A DNA stretch of 64,000 nucleotides from Bispira polyomma (lineage: Eukaryota). Made by a program: the position numbers and the translations under genes. Position 1 is the first letter of the stretch. Each line of letters opens with the position of its first letter. The notes beneath the pieces were generated by a model, which saw only the letters and a program-made list of their open reading frames with translations, was not told the origin of the DNA and searched no databases. The stretch spans positions 3,658,001 through 3,722,000 of the forward strand of contig OZ287749.1 of NCBI GenBank assembly GCA_965649765.1. Direction: 5' to 3'. Shown here piece by piece: positions 25,660 to 36,400 of this stretch.

Positions 25660-26050
25660 CTTCACAACAAAATTGCATTGCCAAAGTAATCAACAAAAAA
25701 ACACCTATTCCATCAAACCTCCTTAGTCATAGCAAATGCACTCGTAAGCAGTCAATTGGACTACTGTAATTCTCTGTTTCCTAGACTAAAGAAGTACCTG
25801 CTGTAAAGGCTACAATCAAACCAGAATCACCTGTGCAAAAGGCTCCATTGGCTATCTGTCCAGTACTGCATCATTTTTAAAACCAAAGTTACTACATACA
25901 AATCTGTAAATCTATATCAGCCCCCATATCTTGGCTCACTTTTGTCTTTCAGCAGGCTTACCAGGGGAAACAGCATTTTAGTCTCTTTAGAAGTAGCCTT
26001 AAGACCCATCTCTTTACCCTCGCTTACCCTCCAAAGGCATCTTTCTTCAC
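25660..26050 (+). mobile_element. L2-like ORF2 C-terminal fragment
   Basis: ANALVSSQLDYCNSLF and LHWL remnants, similar to 59530-59830. Confidence 0.7.
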
Positions 26051-27660
26051 CACATCACACCGATCGCAAATTTGCTTTGGAAACAGACTATGATTTTTAC
26101 AACTTTGTCAATGAAGTTGCGCTTTAAAAAATGTCTGGCATCAATTAGGTGCGTTAAAAATCTATCATATCATATCATCATATTAGCATTCAGCCAAGAG
26201 AAAAAGGAAGGCTATGTTAGGAATAAGGCTCAAGTATTATTGTACACATTTACACAGCTGTGGCTAACAAACACTACTTTAGTTGAAAACATGAAACATG
26301 TAAGAAGAGGAAATGTTCTTTGCTATCGTGATGTGGAGTGGATAGTTATTTATGTCATATTGTGATATGAGTACATTTTGCTCAATAGAAAGTTCATTTC
26401 GATTACTTCCTAAAAAATGACACTCTTTGACAAAGTTAAGTACCTTTGGAAAGATATTAAACAAACCACCCAACTGGACCAAAAACGGAAGTAGGGAGCA
26501 AAATGAAATGTCACAACAGTTTTTACACTTTTCCTGATTGCAAAAAGATTCTATATGGGGACATCATGATTCAATGCACCGTGAGATAGATAATAGCATG
26601 CTTGTAAGGTAGTTTTAGACTAGGTTGTTGCTGATTAAGGTTGCTGCAGATTAGCACGAGGCAAGTACTAGTGAGACACAAGTAAAAAGTTTGGACACAT
26701 AATATGTGTGTACCTTTGACATACTATCATAAGCAAAGAACTGTAACGGTAATGTTGTTACATTTTACACAATCATTCTCATCTTCACTGACTTCTTACA
26801 GCCAATGGAAAATCAGCACTAAAGTTAATATCCTTTTAAATACACATGAATAAGTACATGCACTAGTAGTGAAATCTCAAAGCATTCACAGTAAATATGA
26901 CAGTGCTCTCATATGTTAAAAATCAGTGTTCATATATCTTTGTGTAAATTACAGGTGGCACTATAATAGATTACTCTCACTCTCCATTATGACAACCAGA
27001 TTCATTGTACTGGGATGTATTTATAACCAGAAACTATCTACCTACAACAAGTACCTGGCAAACTCTCCCACATTTGAAGGAAGCAGTGGGATTTGATCCC
27101 TCACTGTCCTCAGAGGTGACAGGCTATAGAGCTATTAAAGCAGATGCAAATATAACAACTGAACATAGCAAAGTTGGTGTTGCTGCAATTATCAGCATTA
27201 CTGTATTGTGGGATAGGACATTTCTGGAGGAAACAATGATTGTAACTGAGTAAAAGAAGTGTTCACAAATGTATTGGGACGTTTTTATTAATTAATTAAC
27301 ACTGTAAGCACTGTGGTTCATATTTTTGTTAATTAGCAGTTTATGACGTGTTTCCTCTTTTTGTCACAATTACAAAACAAGGAACCACAGCAAATATAAC
27401 AGCAGATTTACAAAAAGCAGAGTGATATTAGCTGTAAGAAAGCCTTGGGAACAGGATATTTTTGGCAAATAACTATTTAAAATACAGTTAATAGGCTTTA
27501 TAGGCCAAGACACCTGCTGACAAATAATTCTCCTCTGGAAATGACTACAGCTGTGTGCCTTGTGGGACTGCTTTGGTTTTTGTTCCATTTGGGAATACTG
27601 CATTTTACTTAATGTTTTTATATTCCCAAAAGCTCCATACATTAATTTACCTTTTATGAT

Positions 27661-28062
27661 TGTCACAAGACAGGGCATATAAGAGATTAGGACCCACGAC
27701 CTCCAGAATCCAAGGCCAACACTCTATCAGGTGAGCTATAAGGGAAAACCCCACTAGCCAAGCCAGCTAGTAGTGGTTTGGACATTTTTGGCGAGTTCTG
27801 TTAGACTATGTGCTCCCCCCTAGCCTAGTGGTTAGGGAGTTGGTCGGATGATCTGGAGGTCCTGTGTTCTATTTCAGGGACCTTCTGCAAGTTTCATTGG
27901 TGGTATAACATCCATGGGTAAGATGTTTACACATGTTTGCCTAGTGGCTCAGATGACCAGTTAAAGTGGCAGTCCTCTCTCATTGGATCCTATTACCAGT
28001 GCAGGGTAAACATCCTTGGAGACGTTGATAAATCCTCAAATCTCCTCTTTAGTTAGGGGAAT
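27661..28062 (+). mobile_element. Candidate TRIM with two divergent tRNA-like units in its LTR (Helenus-type), 3' LTR absent
   Basis: TG...CA segment at 27661-27896 with tRNA-like A/B boxes on the - strand (27684-27738) and + strand (27821-27878), then TGGTGG (PBS-like) and agttagggga (PPT-like). Confidence 0.5.
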
Positions 28063-28700
28063 AACAATAACTGATACAGTTGACTGTTACAGTCAGGAAA
28101 GGATTCATTAGTGCTCTGTATACTATGTACCAAAAATATAATAAATGCACAGCCAACTGGTAACTGAGACTGCAGGCTGAAGTATTACCATTATATCAAT
28201 GTCCAACCAAAAAAGGTTATTTAGCATGCTACTGAGGATAGGATGGAACATTAGAGGGGTTACCATTTTAAGTGCTCATCCGACCCATGGAGTATCTGTG
28301 TATATGGTTAGAAATATCAAAAACTGGGATCAAACCTAGATCCTGTGTTTCCAAGTGAGGATATTTGGGCAGATAGCATATATACTTGATAGAGACAGTC
28401 CATAGATTTCTTGGAGGTAGAGTTTTTGTAATTGACCAAGTGGTCTAGTTTTTTTGCCTGAAGTTATATATGGGGACATTATGGTTCAGTGAACGTGAAT
28501 CCCCATAAAGATTTAAAAAGTTTAGCTTCAGATGCAACCTTAAAGTGTAGATTGCTGTGGATTTACACATGTAGCCTAGAATTGTAGTGTATTTTGCAGT
28601 TTTGAACGCGCCTTATTGATGTGATTATAAACCATGCACACAGTTTGTAATCTGTGAGCATGAATTAATCTGGGTAAAAATATTTACAATGTTCCGTCCA

Positions 28701-29202
28701 GGGCCTGTATTCACTAAAGTCCTTATGCTTAGAATAATATTTTTTGGTATTCACTAAAGTTCTTATACTTAGAATTTTAGAATCAAAGCTCATTCTTAGA
28801 AAATTTTCTAAGAATAAGTAGAAATTCTAAGTATAAGAATTTTTCTAAGAATAATTCTAAGTATAAGAATTATTCTAAGTAAAAGAACTTTGGTGAATAC
28901 CAAAAATTCTTATTCTAAATATAAGAACTTTAGTGAATACGGCCCCTGTCATTCTTATGTATTGCTTTTCACAATTCTTAGTTAAAAAAATTCTTATTCT
29001 AAAAATAAGAAAACAAAATTCTTAAAATAATAAATTTTTTAAGTATAAGAATGATTCTTATTCTAAGTATAAGAATTGTTCTAAGTATCTAAAAATAAGA
29101 AAACAAAATTCTTAGAATAATAAATTTTTTCAGTATAAGAATGATTCTTATTCTAAGTATAAGAATTGTTCTAAGTATAAGAACTTTAGTGAATACGGGC
29201 CC
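28701..29202. mobile_element. Palindromic MITE (28701-28947) plus an adjoining partial copy
   Basis: TIR GGGCC(T/C)GTATTCACTAAAG with about 70-bp inverted arms and internal ttctaagtataagaa repeats. Second right end at 29175-29202. Related end at about 39176. Confidence 0.8.
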
Positions 29203-29279
29203 TGGGCTCCGTACCACCCCGAACAATCCATGTTTTATAACAATTGCCCCCCCCCCCCCCCCCCCCCACCCACCCACCC

Positions 29280-29790
29280 TGAGCCACGTCACGTGATTAA
29301 CGTACAAAACACCCTGTCGTCACGGCAACCATGTCTAAAACCGGTGAACAAACTGTTCTGTGTTGTTAACAGTATTACCAAGCACATTATGCTTTCCCCT
29401 GAACACAATTTTTTATTTCTCCTCACTTCCGCCACTATGCCAATAAACCACAATTTCCACACAGCATTTCTGATGAAGAAACAGTTAGGTTTTTTTTTCG
29501 TCTCCTCACAGAGTTTCCACCAACGCGCATGCGCTGGTAGTATTGATGTTTTTGTTGTTTGTTGAACAGAGGTTATTTAAACGGTATCGAGTGTGTGTTA
29601 AAACTATGTCTTCAGATGGAATAGTGTAACGGTCACGGCGGTACTACGTGAATATATGTACGTGCAGGGTGTACTGATGTAAATGATTGTGTTTACATGT
29701 TGAAGGCTATATCTACACGTGATCTGTCTTTATACCATATACATACGGTACATCAGTTCAACGACATTCATAACAGGGAGACGTGTATAA
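29280..29790 (+). promoter_or_regulatory. Promoter-like motif cluster upstream of USP-B
   Basis: Locally CpG-rich. CCACGTCACGTGAT at about 29284-29297, X-box-like GTCGTCACGGCAAC, ETS-like ACTTCCG, GCGCATGCGC at 29525-29534, and several ACGTG copies between 29645 and 29785. Confidence 0.5.
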
Positions 29791-30071
29791 AATTGCGTTT
29801 CTTTCACCAGTGCAAAGGATATATACCATCAATTTGTGTATTTTTTGGACAAAACAGTATATATATATATATATTTGGGAATAGTTTTTAGTCACAAAGA
29901 ATAAAGGGATATTTATAGTATAACTTATTGATTTGTTTTACATCTCCCTCCGTGGTGTTCCTGCAAATAAGTCTCCATAAACCGTGTAAAAGAACTATAC
30001 TCTTCCAATCACTCATTAATAGTGCTAGTATTACAGGAGCGTCCTGGAATCTGGATAATCACACAAATAAT

Positions 30072-30147
30072 ATGGCGGCCCCTGCTCCAGAGAGAAGCAT
30101 AGCTATAGCTGTGGATGCCAGCGAGCAAGCAGAGCACGCCTTTGACT
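30072..30147 (+). CDS. Universal stress protein gene USP-B, coding exon 1
   Basis: MAAPAPERSIAIAVDASEQAEHAFD + T, donor GTGAGT. Same intron position and phase as USP-A. Confidence 0.9.
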
Positions 30148-30191
30148 GTGAGTAGTATAGAGGGGGTGCTGGTATGTTGTAACAAGTGCCG

Positions 30192-30487
30192 GAGTAGTAT
30201 ATAGTGTGCTTTACATCCCCACCTTACACCACCAGAGTAGTATATAGTATGCTTGACACCCCCACCTTACACCACCAGAGTAGTATATACAGTACTTGAC
30301 ATCCCCACCTTACACCACCAGAGTAGTATATACAGTGCTTGACACTACCACCTTACACTTGTAGAATAGTATATCGTAGGCTTGACACCCCCACTTAACA
30401 CCACCAGAGTAGAATATAGTGGGCTTGACACTCCCACCTTACACCACAAAATTTGTATATAGTGTACTTGATACCCCCCATACACAA
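30192..30487. repeat. 43-bp minisatellite x7 just inside USP-B intron 1
   Basis: Unit gagtagtatatagtgtgcttgacacccccaccttacaccacca. Confidence 0.93.
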
Positions 30488-30613
30488 ATTGAGAAAGGGG
30501 GAGCAAAGGCTACTTCCTGGACAAGACATGGCTTCACAACAAAATCAAACATATAAACTTGTCCTGACACCAACTCGATTTCTCGATTTGATTGTGCAAT
30601 GTCTGTATGCATG

Positions 30614-31386
30614 TGTTACATATAAGGACATTGTGGTATGTTAAAGCACTCTGCTAGAGTGATCTATTTATACAATTGGGGAGACCCCTAAGCTTCTAGA
30701 AGCCAGTTCTATTTTGTTTCTGTTGTTATTAAAGTTGTGTTCATATGTATGACTCATCTCTGGAATGTTCTAGCCATTGCTTACATATTCTAGAGCCTTC
30801 TCCAGTAGTGGTATATATAAGGGTTGACAGCCTGGCCACAGACCAGAGTTAATTGAGTTGGGGTGCTATATGAACTGCTATACTGTGAAACATTTTATTT
30901 CTTTTCCTGTGGATATAAACTGATTACTACATATGTTTTTGTGGTGAACTCATTGGAGTGAACTAGATAAAAGTTGTGGATCTACCAGAGATTGGATTTA
31001 CTGCATATTGGATATTGTTTGCATCCTGGACTGGATAGCTTAGTTGTGCAGACTCTCTGGATATATACATTTTGTGTTCGTGGACACTGAACAGATAACA
31101 GGATACAGGCATTGTGTGGACATTGAGCGGATCTCAAGACAGATTACTGGATACAGTGGACAAACTTGTTTAATTGTTATTTATGTGGACAGGACTGTGG
31201 TCAGGTCAGATTGGTTTCATTATTGTATTATTGTGTGAACTATTAAGGGTATCTCAGTTGACTGTAATTCTGTAATTGTTATTTTATTTGTTAAATAAAT
31301 TTGTTAAGTGAAATTTTTTGTCTTTTCCTGTTACAACCTCCAAGCAACTGGTAATTGCTACCGCGCTTGCTCCCGTGACCGTAACA
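30614..31386 (+). repeat. 5' LTR of the Gmr1-like element (773 bp)
   Basis: TGTTAC...GTAACA inverted termini, TATATATAA at 30812-30820, AATAAA at 31294-31299, followed by the PBS. Confidence 0.85.
30691..30820 (+). promoter_or_regulatory. HSE-like repeats, AP-1 site and TATA box in the LTR
   Basis: TTCtaGAA at 30694-30701, TGACTCA at 30750-30756, GAAtgTTC at 30763-30770, TTCtaGAGccTTC at 30788-30800, TATA at 30812. Confidence 0.6.
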
Positions 31387-31393
31387 GGAAAAT

Positions 31394-31411
31394 TGGGGGC
31401 TTGTCCGGGAT
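31394..31411 (+). other. Primer binding site, tRNA-Pro
   Basis: TGGGGGCTTGTCCGGGAT, one mismatch from the canonical tRNA-Pro PBS TGGGGGCTCGTCCGGGAT. Confidence 0.9.
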
Positions 31412-31497
31412 CCAACCATTTGATCTAACTATTTAATTAGCTTTTTGAAAAATCATTTATTTTGTTTGAAAACATATTACAGTCAACAGTGCTCAAA

Positions 31498-32772
31498 ATG
31501 GCTAGTGCTAAAGAGTTTGTACAGTCACCATCTATTGAGGTTCTAGAAACATTTAAAAAAGATATTTTAATGCAGATAGCACAGGAATTACAGTTAAACG
31601 TGAAAAGGTCAACACGTAAACATGAACTGAAAAGGCTTATTGTTGAACAGTTAGTTGATGAGGACCTTTTGCATGATAATTGTTCAGAAGTGTATAAACC
31701 TCTGCCAATGGAACCTTCTGGGCAATTTGAGATCAGGCGATTAGAAATTGAAAGAGAGCTAAAACTTAAAGAACTTGAAGCTCAGCAACAAAGGCAAAAA
31801 GAAGAGCTTGAGGCTCAAAGGCGAAAAGAAGAGCTTGAGGCTCAAAGGTGAAAAGAAGAGCTCGAAGCTCAAAAATTTGAAAAAGAACTTGAGCTTAAGC
31901 ATGAAAGGGAAATGAAGGCTTTGGAACTCAATGCTCGCCAAATTGCCCATGAAGAGTCCATGGCAACCAAATTTGATTTGGATAAAAATATGCGACTGGT
32001 ACCACCTTTCAACGAGTCCGAAGTTGATAAATATTTTCAACACTTTGAACGAGTGGCTCAAAATTTGAAATGGCCCACAAACCAGTGGCTTTTATTGCTG
32101 CAAAGTGTTTTCAAAGGCAAAGCCCAAGAGGCATATACAGTTTTGCCAATTTCTGAATGTAGAGATTATGACTGTGAAAAATGCTATCTTGAAAGCATAT
32201 GAGTTGGTACCAGAAGCATATCGTCAAAAATTCAGAAATTATTGTAAGCAAGAAAATCAAACTTATGTTGAATTTGCCCATGAAAAAGAAGTGTACTTTG
32301 ACAGATGGTGTAGTTCTAGAGAAGTTGGTACAGACTTTGAAAAGCTTAGGCAAGTCATTTTCATTGAGGAGTTCAAAAGGGGTGTTCGTGATGACATCTG
32401 GATGAACAGAAAGTAGAAAATTTGCAAAAAGCAGCAGCTTATGCTGATGATTATGCGCTGACTCACAAGTCCACTTTTAACAAGAGTAAATCCTCTGGTC
32501 CCACAAAGAAGTTTTATCCTGAAGTAGGAAAGAAATTAGAAAATGTAGCTCCAGAAAAGAGTTCAGATAAGTTTCAAACAACAAATCAGACAATGAGTAA
32601 GGATAGGAAACCTAGGTCCTTTGCTCCTGTGTGCCATTACTGTAAAAAACCTGGGCATGTTATGTCTGACTGTTGGCTCGGAGAGAAAAGGAGGCAACAC
32701 CTAATGCCTTTATTTCTAGCAAATCTAATTGGCGTTCAAATCCCAATAGAACAGAATCTAGTATTGGTTTAG
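31498..32772 (+). pseudogene. gag: Gmr1-like gag (capsid/SCAN-related region and CCHC knuckle), disrupted
   Basis: ATG at 31498. CGA>TGA stop at 31849 inside a 27-bp tandem repeat, then frameshifts. Motifs GKAQEAY, ILKAYELVPEAYRQKFR and CHYCKKPGHVMSDC. Confidence 0.88.
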
Positions 32773-34534
32773 ACAAGTCTGAGATTAGGAATGAGTTCAA
32801 ACCTTTTGTGTCTGAGGGTTTTGTATCCTTAGATAGTAGTTCCAGTCAAGTTCCCATTAGGATACTAAGAGACACTGGGGCTACTCAGTCACTACTTTTA
32901 GAAGGTGTATTGCCATTGAGTGTTAGCACTTCTACTGGTGAGAGTATTATTGCTCAAGGTATTGAAGGAGGTTGTGTAAACATTCCCTTACATAAGGTCA
33001 ACTTAGTATCAGACTTAGTTACTGGTTTTGTTGTGGTGGGTACCAGGCCCACTTTACCCATTAAAGGGGTGTCTTTGCTGTTGGGAAATGATTTGGCAGG
33101 TGGCAAGGTGGTTGCTGATCCTAAGGTTACTTCTAAGCCGATCACTTTGGTTAGCACTGAGAAATTAGAAGAGGTTATTCCTGGTATTTTTCCCTCCTGT
33201 GCTGTGACTCCAGCTATGGCTAAAAAAGCCCAAGAAGAACCAAAAGATTGTAAACAATCTACAGATGTCTTAGTTGATTTATCAGATACATTCTTGAACA
33301 ACTGTGACCATGATGTGCAAAATCATAGTGATATTGACCCTAAAGGTAGGAAAGATTCTGAGAAACAAGACCAATTTGATGATCCAGATGTATCACTCTC
33401 AAAATCAAAATTAATTGTAGAGCAGGAAAATGACCCTGAATTAGCCCCTCTATTCAAATTGGTGTTACCACCAGTAGAGCTAGATAAGGTCCCAGTAGGC
33501 TATTATATCAGAAATGGTGTGCTTATGCGAAAGTGGAGGCCGCCAAGTGTCCCTACCTCTGAGAACTGGTCAATACTTCATCAGATTGTATTACCAAAAA
33601 TGTACCAAAATGATGTATTGAGGTTAGCTCATGAGTCTCCAATGGGTGGCCATTTAGGCATCAACAAAACCTATGGCAAAATAACCAAGCATTTCTACTG
33701 GCCTCAAATCCGGCGCTGTGTGGCAGAATTTTGTAAAACTTGTCACATTTGTCAAGTTGTAGGGAAACCAAACCAAAAGATTCCTGTAGCTCCTCTAAAA
33801 CCCATTCCAGCATTTGAGGAACCATTCAGCAAGGTGATAATTGATTGTGTAGGCCCCTTACCAAAGACTAAATCCAGAAACCAATATCTCCTAACCATTA
33901 TGTGTGCCTCAACCAGATTCCCTGAAGCCATACCTTTGACCAACATGACAGCCCCGAAAATTTCGAAAGCTTTAATCAATTTCTTTACTTTAGTTGGCTT
34001 ACCGAAGGAGATCCAGTCAGATCAAGGGTCAAATTTTATGTCAGGATTATTTCAGCAAGTTGTGTTTCAGTTAGGTGCAGTTAGGGAATCAGTGCCTTTG
34101 AGTTGGTGTTTGGTCATTCAGTCCGTGGTCCTCTTAAGTTGTTGAAAGAAAATTGGTTATCCGAGAACTCTAAGAGCCTAAACCTGTTAGATTATGTTTC
34201 AAAGTTTAGGAGTAGGCTGAAAAAGGCTTGTGAGCTAGCGCAACAAAATTTGAAACATTCTCAGTCAAAAATGAAAATGCTTTATGATAGAAAGTCACAA
34301 AACCGTGTTTTTAAACCGGGAGACAAGGTTTTAGTACTATTACCTGTCCAGGGGAACACGTTACAGGCCAGATATCATGGGCCATACAAAGTGTTAAAGA
34401 GAGTAGGTGATTTGGATTATGTCATTGAAACCCCGGACAGAAGGAAGTCAACCCAACTGTGTCATGTAAATATGGTAAAACCATACTTTGAAAGGGGTGT
34501 GACAAAGCCTGTCATGGCTACTGACTGTGTGTAA
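32673..34534 (+). pseudogene. pol: Gmr1-like pol: protease and integrase, internally deleted
   Basis: LRDTGATQS; AHESPMGGHLG...CKTCHIC zinc finger; IDCVGP and SDQGSNF; GPY module (YHGPYKV). The segment carrying the third catalytic residue is missing near 34080. Confidence 0.9.
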
Positions 34535-36018
34535 TGTGGAAAATGACAACAATCAGGAGCATGAAGCATGGGGTGACACTCCTGATGTTGAAGTTAAATG
34601 TAAAATCAGGTTTGAGTAATTCAGAGATTCTTGCTGATTTGGAAACCAAACTGAATCATGTACCTCCAGATAAGAGAATCCCACTTAGTGAGTTACTCTT
34701 GAAATATAAGTCAGTATTTCCTGATGCCCCTAACAGGACCAATGTACTCATGCATGATGTTGATGTTGGCAATGCCATTCCGGTCAAACAGCACCCATAT
34801 CGTGTAAACCCGATTAAACTTGAAAAATTAAGAAAAGAAGTGCAATACATGTTGGACAAAGATATAATTGAACCAAGTCAAAGTAGTTGGGCATCTCCTT
34901 GTGTTTTGGTCCCGAAGCCTGATGGTTCTATCAGATATTGCACAGACTATAGAAAGGTTAATGTTTTGAGTAAAACCGATTCATTTCCTATCCCAAGAAT
35001 GGAAGACTGTATTGATCGGATTGGTAAAGCCAAATATATCACAAAATGTGACTTATTGAAAGGTTACTCGTGTGTACCTCTTACTGAACGGGCAAAAGAA
35101 ATATCAGCATTTGTAACTCCCGATGGTCTGTATCAGTACAAGGTAATGCCATTTGGCATGAAAAATTCCCAAGCTACATTTCAGAGACTAGAAGGGATTG
35201 AAGTGTATGTGGATGATATTGTCATCTTTAGTGATACTTGGGAAGAACATTTAAAAAGACTTGAACAAGTTCTATTTCAGCTCAAGCAAGCCAACCTTAC
35301 TGTGAATCTATCGAAAAGTGACTTTGTAAAAGCAAAGGTTGTTTACTTAGGGCATGTAGTTGGTCATGGAGTTGTGACACCAATTAAAGCTAAAGTTGAA
35401 AGCATCATTGACTATCCCATTCCTAGAAATAAGAAAAGTTTAATGAGGTTCCTGGGAATGTCAGGTTATTATAGAAAATTTTGTAAAAATTTCTCAGATG
35501 TTACTGCTCCACTGACTGAGCTCTTAAAAAAAACGTAAAATATCACTGGTCTGAAGCTTGTCAAAAAACATTTGACAAAGTAAAAAATATTCTCTGTTCG
35601 GAGCCTGTACTAACTGCTGCAGACTTTAGTAGGCCATTCCAGCTAGCTGTGGATGCCAGTGATGTTGGGGCAGGTGCAGTTTTACTGCAGACTGATGATG
35701 AAGATATTGAACATCCCATTTGTTATTTTTCAAAAAAATTTAACGTACATCAAAAGAATTACTCTACAATAGAAAAGGAATGTTTAGCCCTCATTTTAGC
35801 CATTAAACACTTTGATATATATATATATATCTTCATCATCAAAACCAACTATTGTGTACACAGATCACAACCCTTTAGTATTCTTGTACAAAATGAAAAA
35901 CAAAAACAGACGTTTATTGAATTGGAGTTTGGTTTTGCAAGAATACAGTTTACAAATAGAGCATGTTAAAGGAAAGGATAACATTTGTGCTGATGCTCTA
36001 TCCAGAAGTTGTAGTTAA
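34534..36018 (+). pseudogene. pol: Gmr1-like pol: reverse transcriptase and RNase H, frameshifted
   Basis: CTDYRKVN, DLLKGY, MPFGMKNS, YVDD, YLGH; RNase H DASDVG, EKECLA, TDHNPL, ADALSR. Frameshifts at about 35535 and at a (TA)n run near 35820. Confidence 0.92.
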
Positions 36019-36168
36019 AGGTTATTTTGTATGTTAGTAACTGAAAAGTAAACTTGTAAAACTTAGATGTTTACTTATGGATATTTTATCCTCTATTCGG
36101 GTTGTTTATTTATATTTATCATATACTAAACATTGTACATCTGTTAATTGTCTAAAACATAAATGTTT

Positions 36169-36400
36169 GGGGCCACCTTAGCATTCCACTTTTCAACCAT
36201 TAACCTAATTCACAACTCCTTATCAGATCTTAAGGGTAACCTTAACAGAAAGGTAAAGTGACCTTAAACTCGAAATGTACACTTTAAGGTAGCCTTATTG
36301 TTTGAAGTTAGGCCTACCTTTACTCTTTCACCTTAAGTTGTTATCTAAATTTAATGTTACCTTATTTCATTAACTTAAATTCTTAGTGCTAGGGTGCCCC
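36169..36400. mobile_element. MITE-like element at the point where the Gmr1-like element ends
   Basis: Imperfect TIRs ggggccaccttagca / tgctagggtgcccc, with internal accttaa repeats. Confidence 0.55.

Larger units (their letters stand above)
30614..36160 (+). mobile_element. Gmr1-like Ty3/Gypsy LTR retrotransposon, decayed, 3' LTR not found
   Basis: 5' LTR, PBS, gag with CCHC knuckle, protease (LRDTGATQS), integrase, then RT (YVDD) and RNase H. The order PR-IN-RT-RH is diagnostic of Gmr1-like elements. Multiple frameshifts, stops and deletions. Confidence 0.93.
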
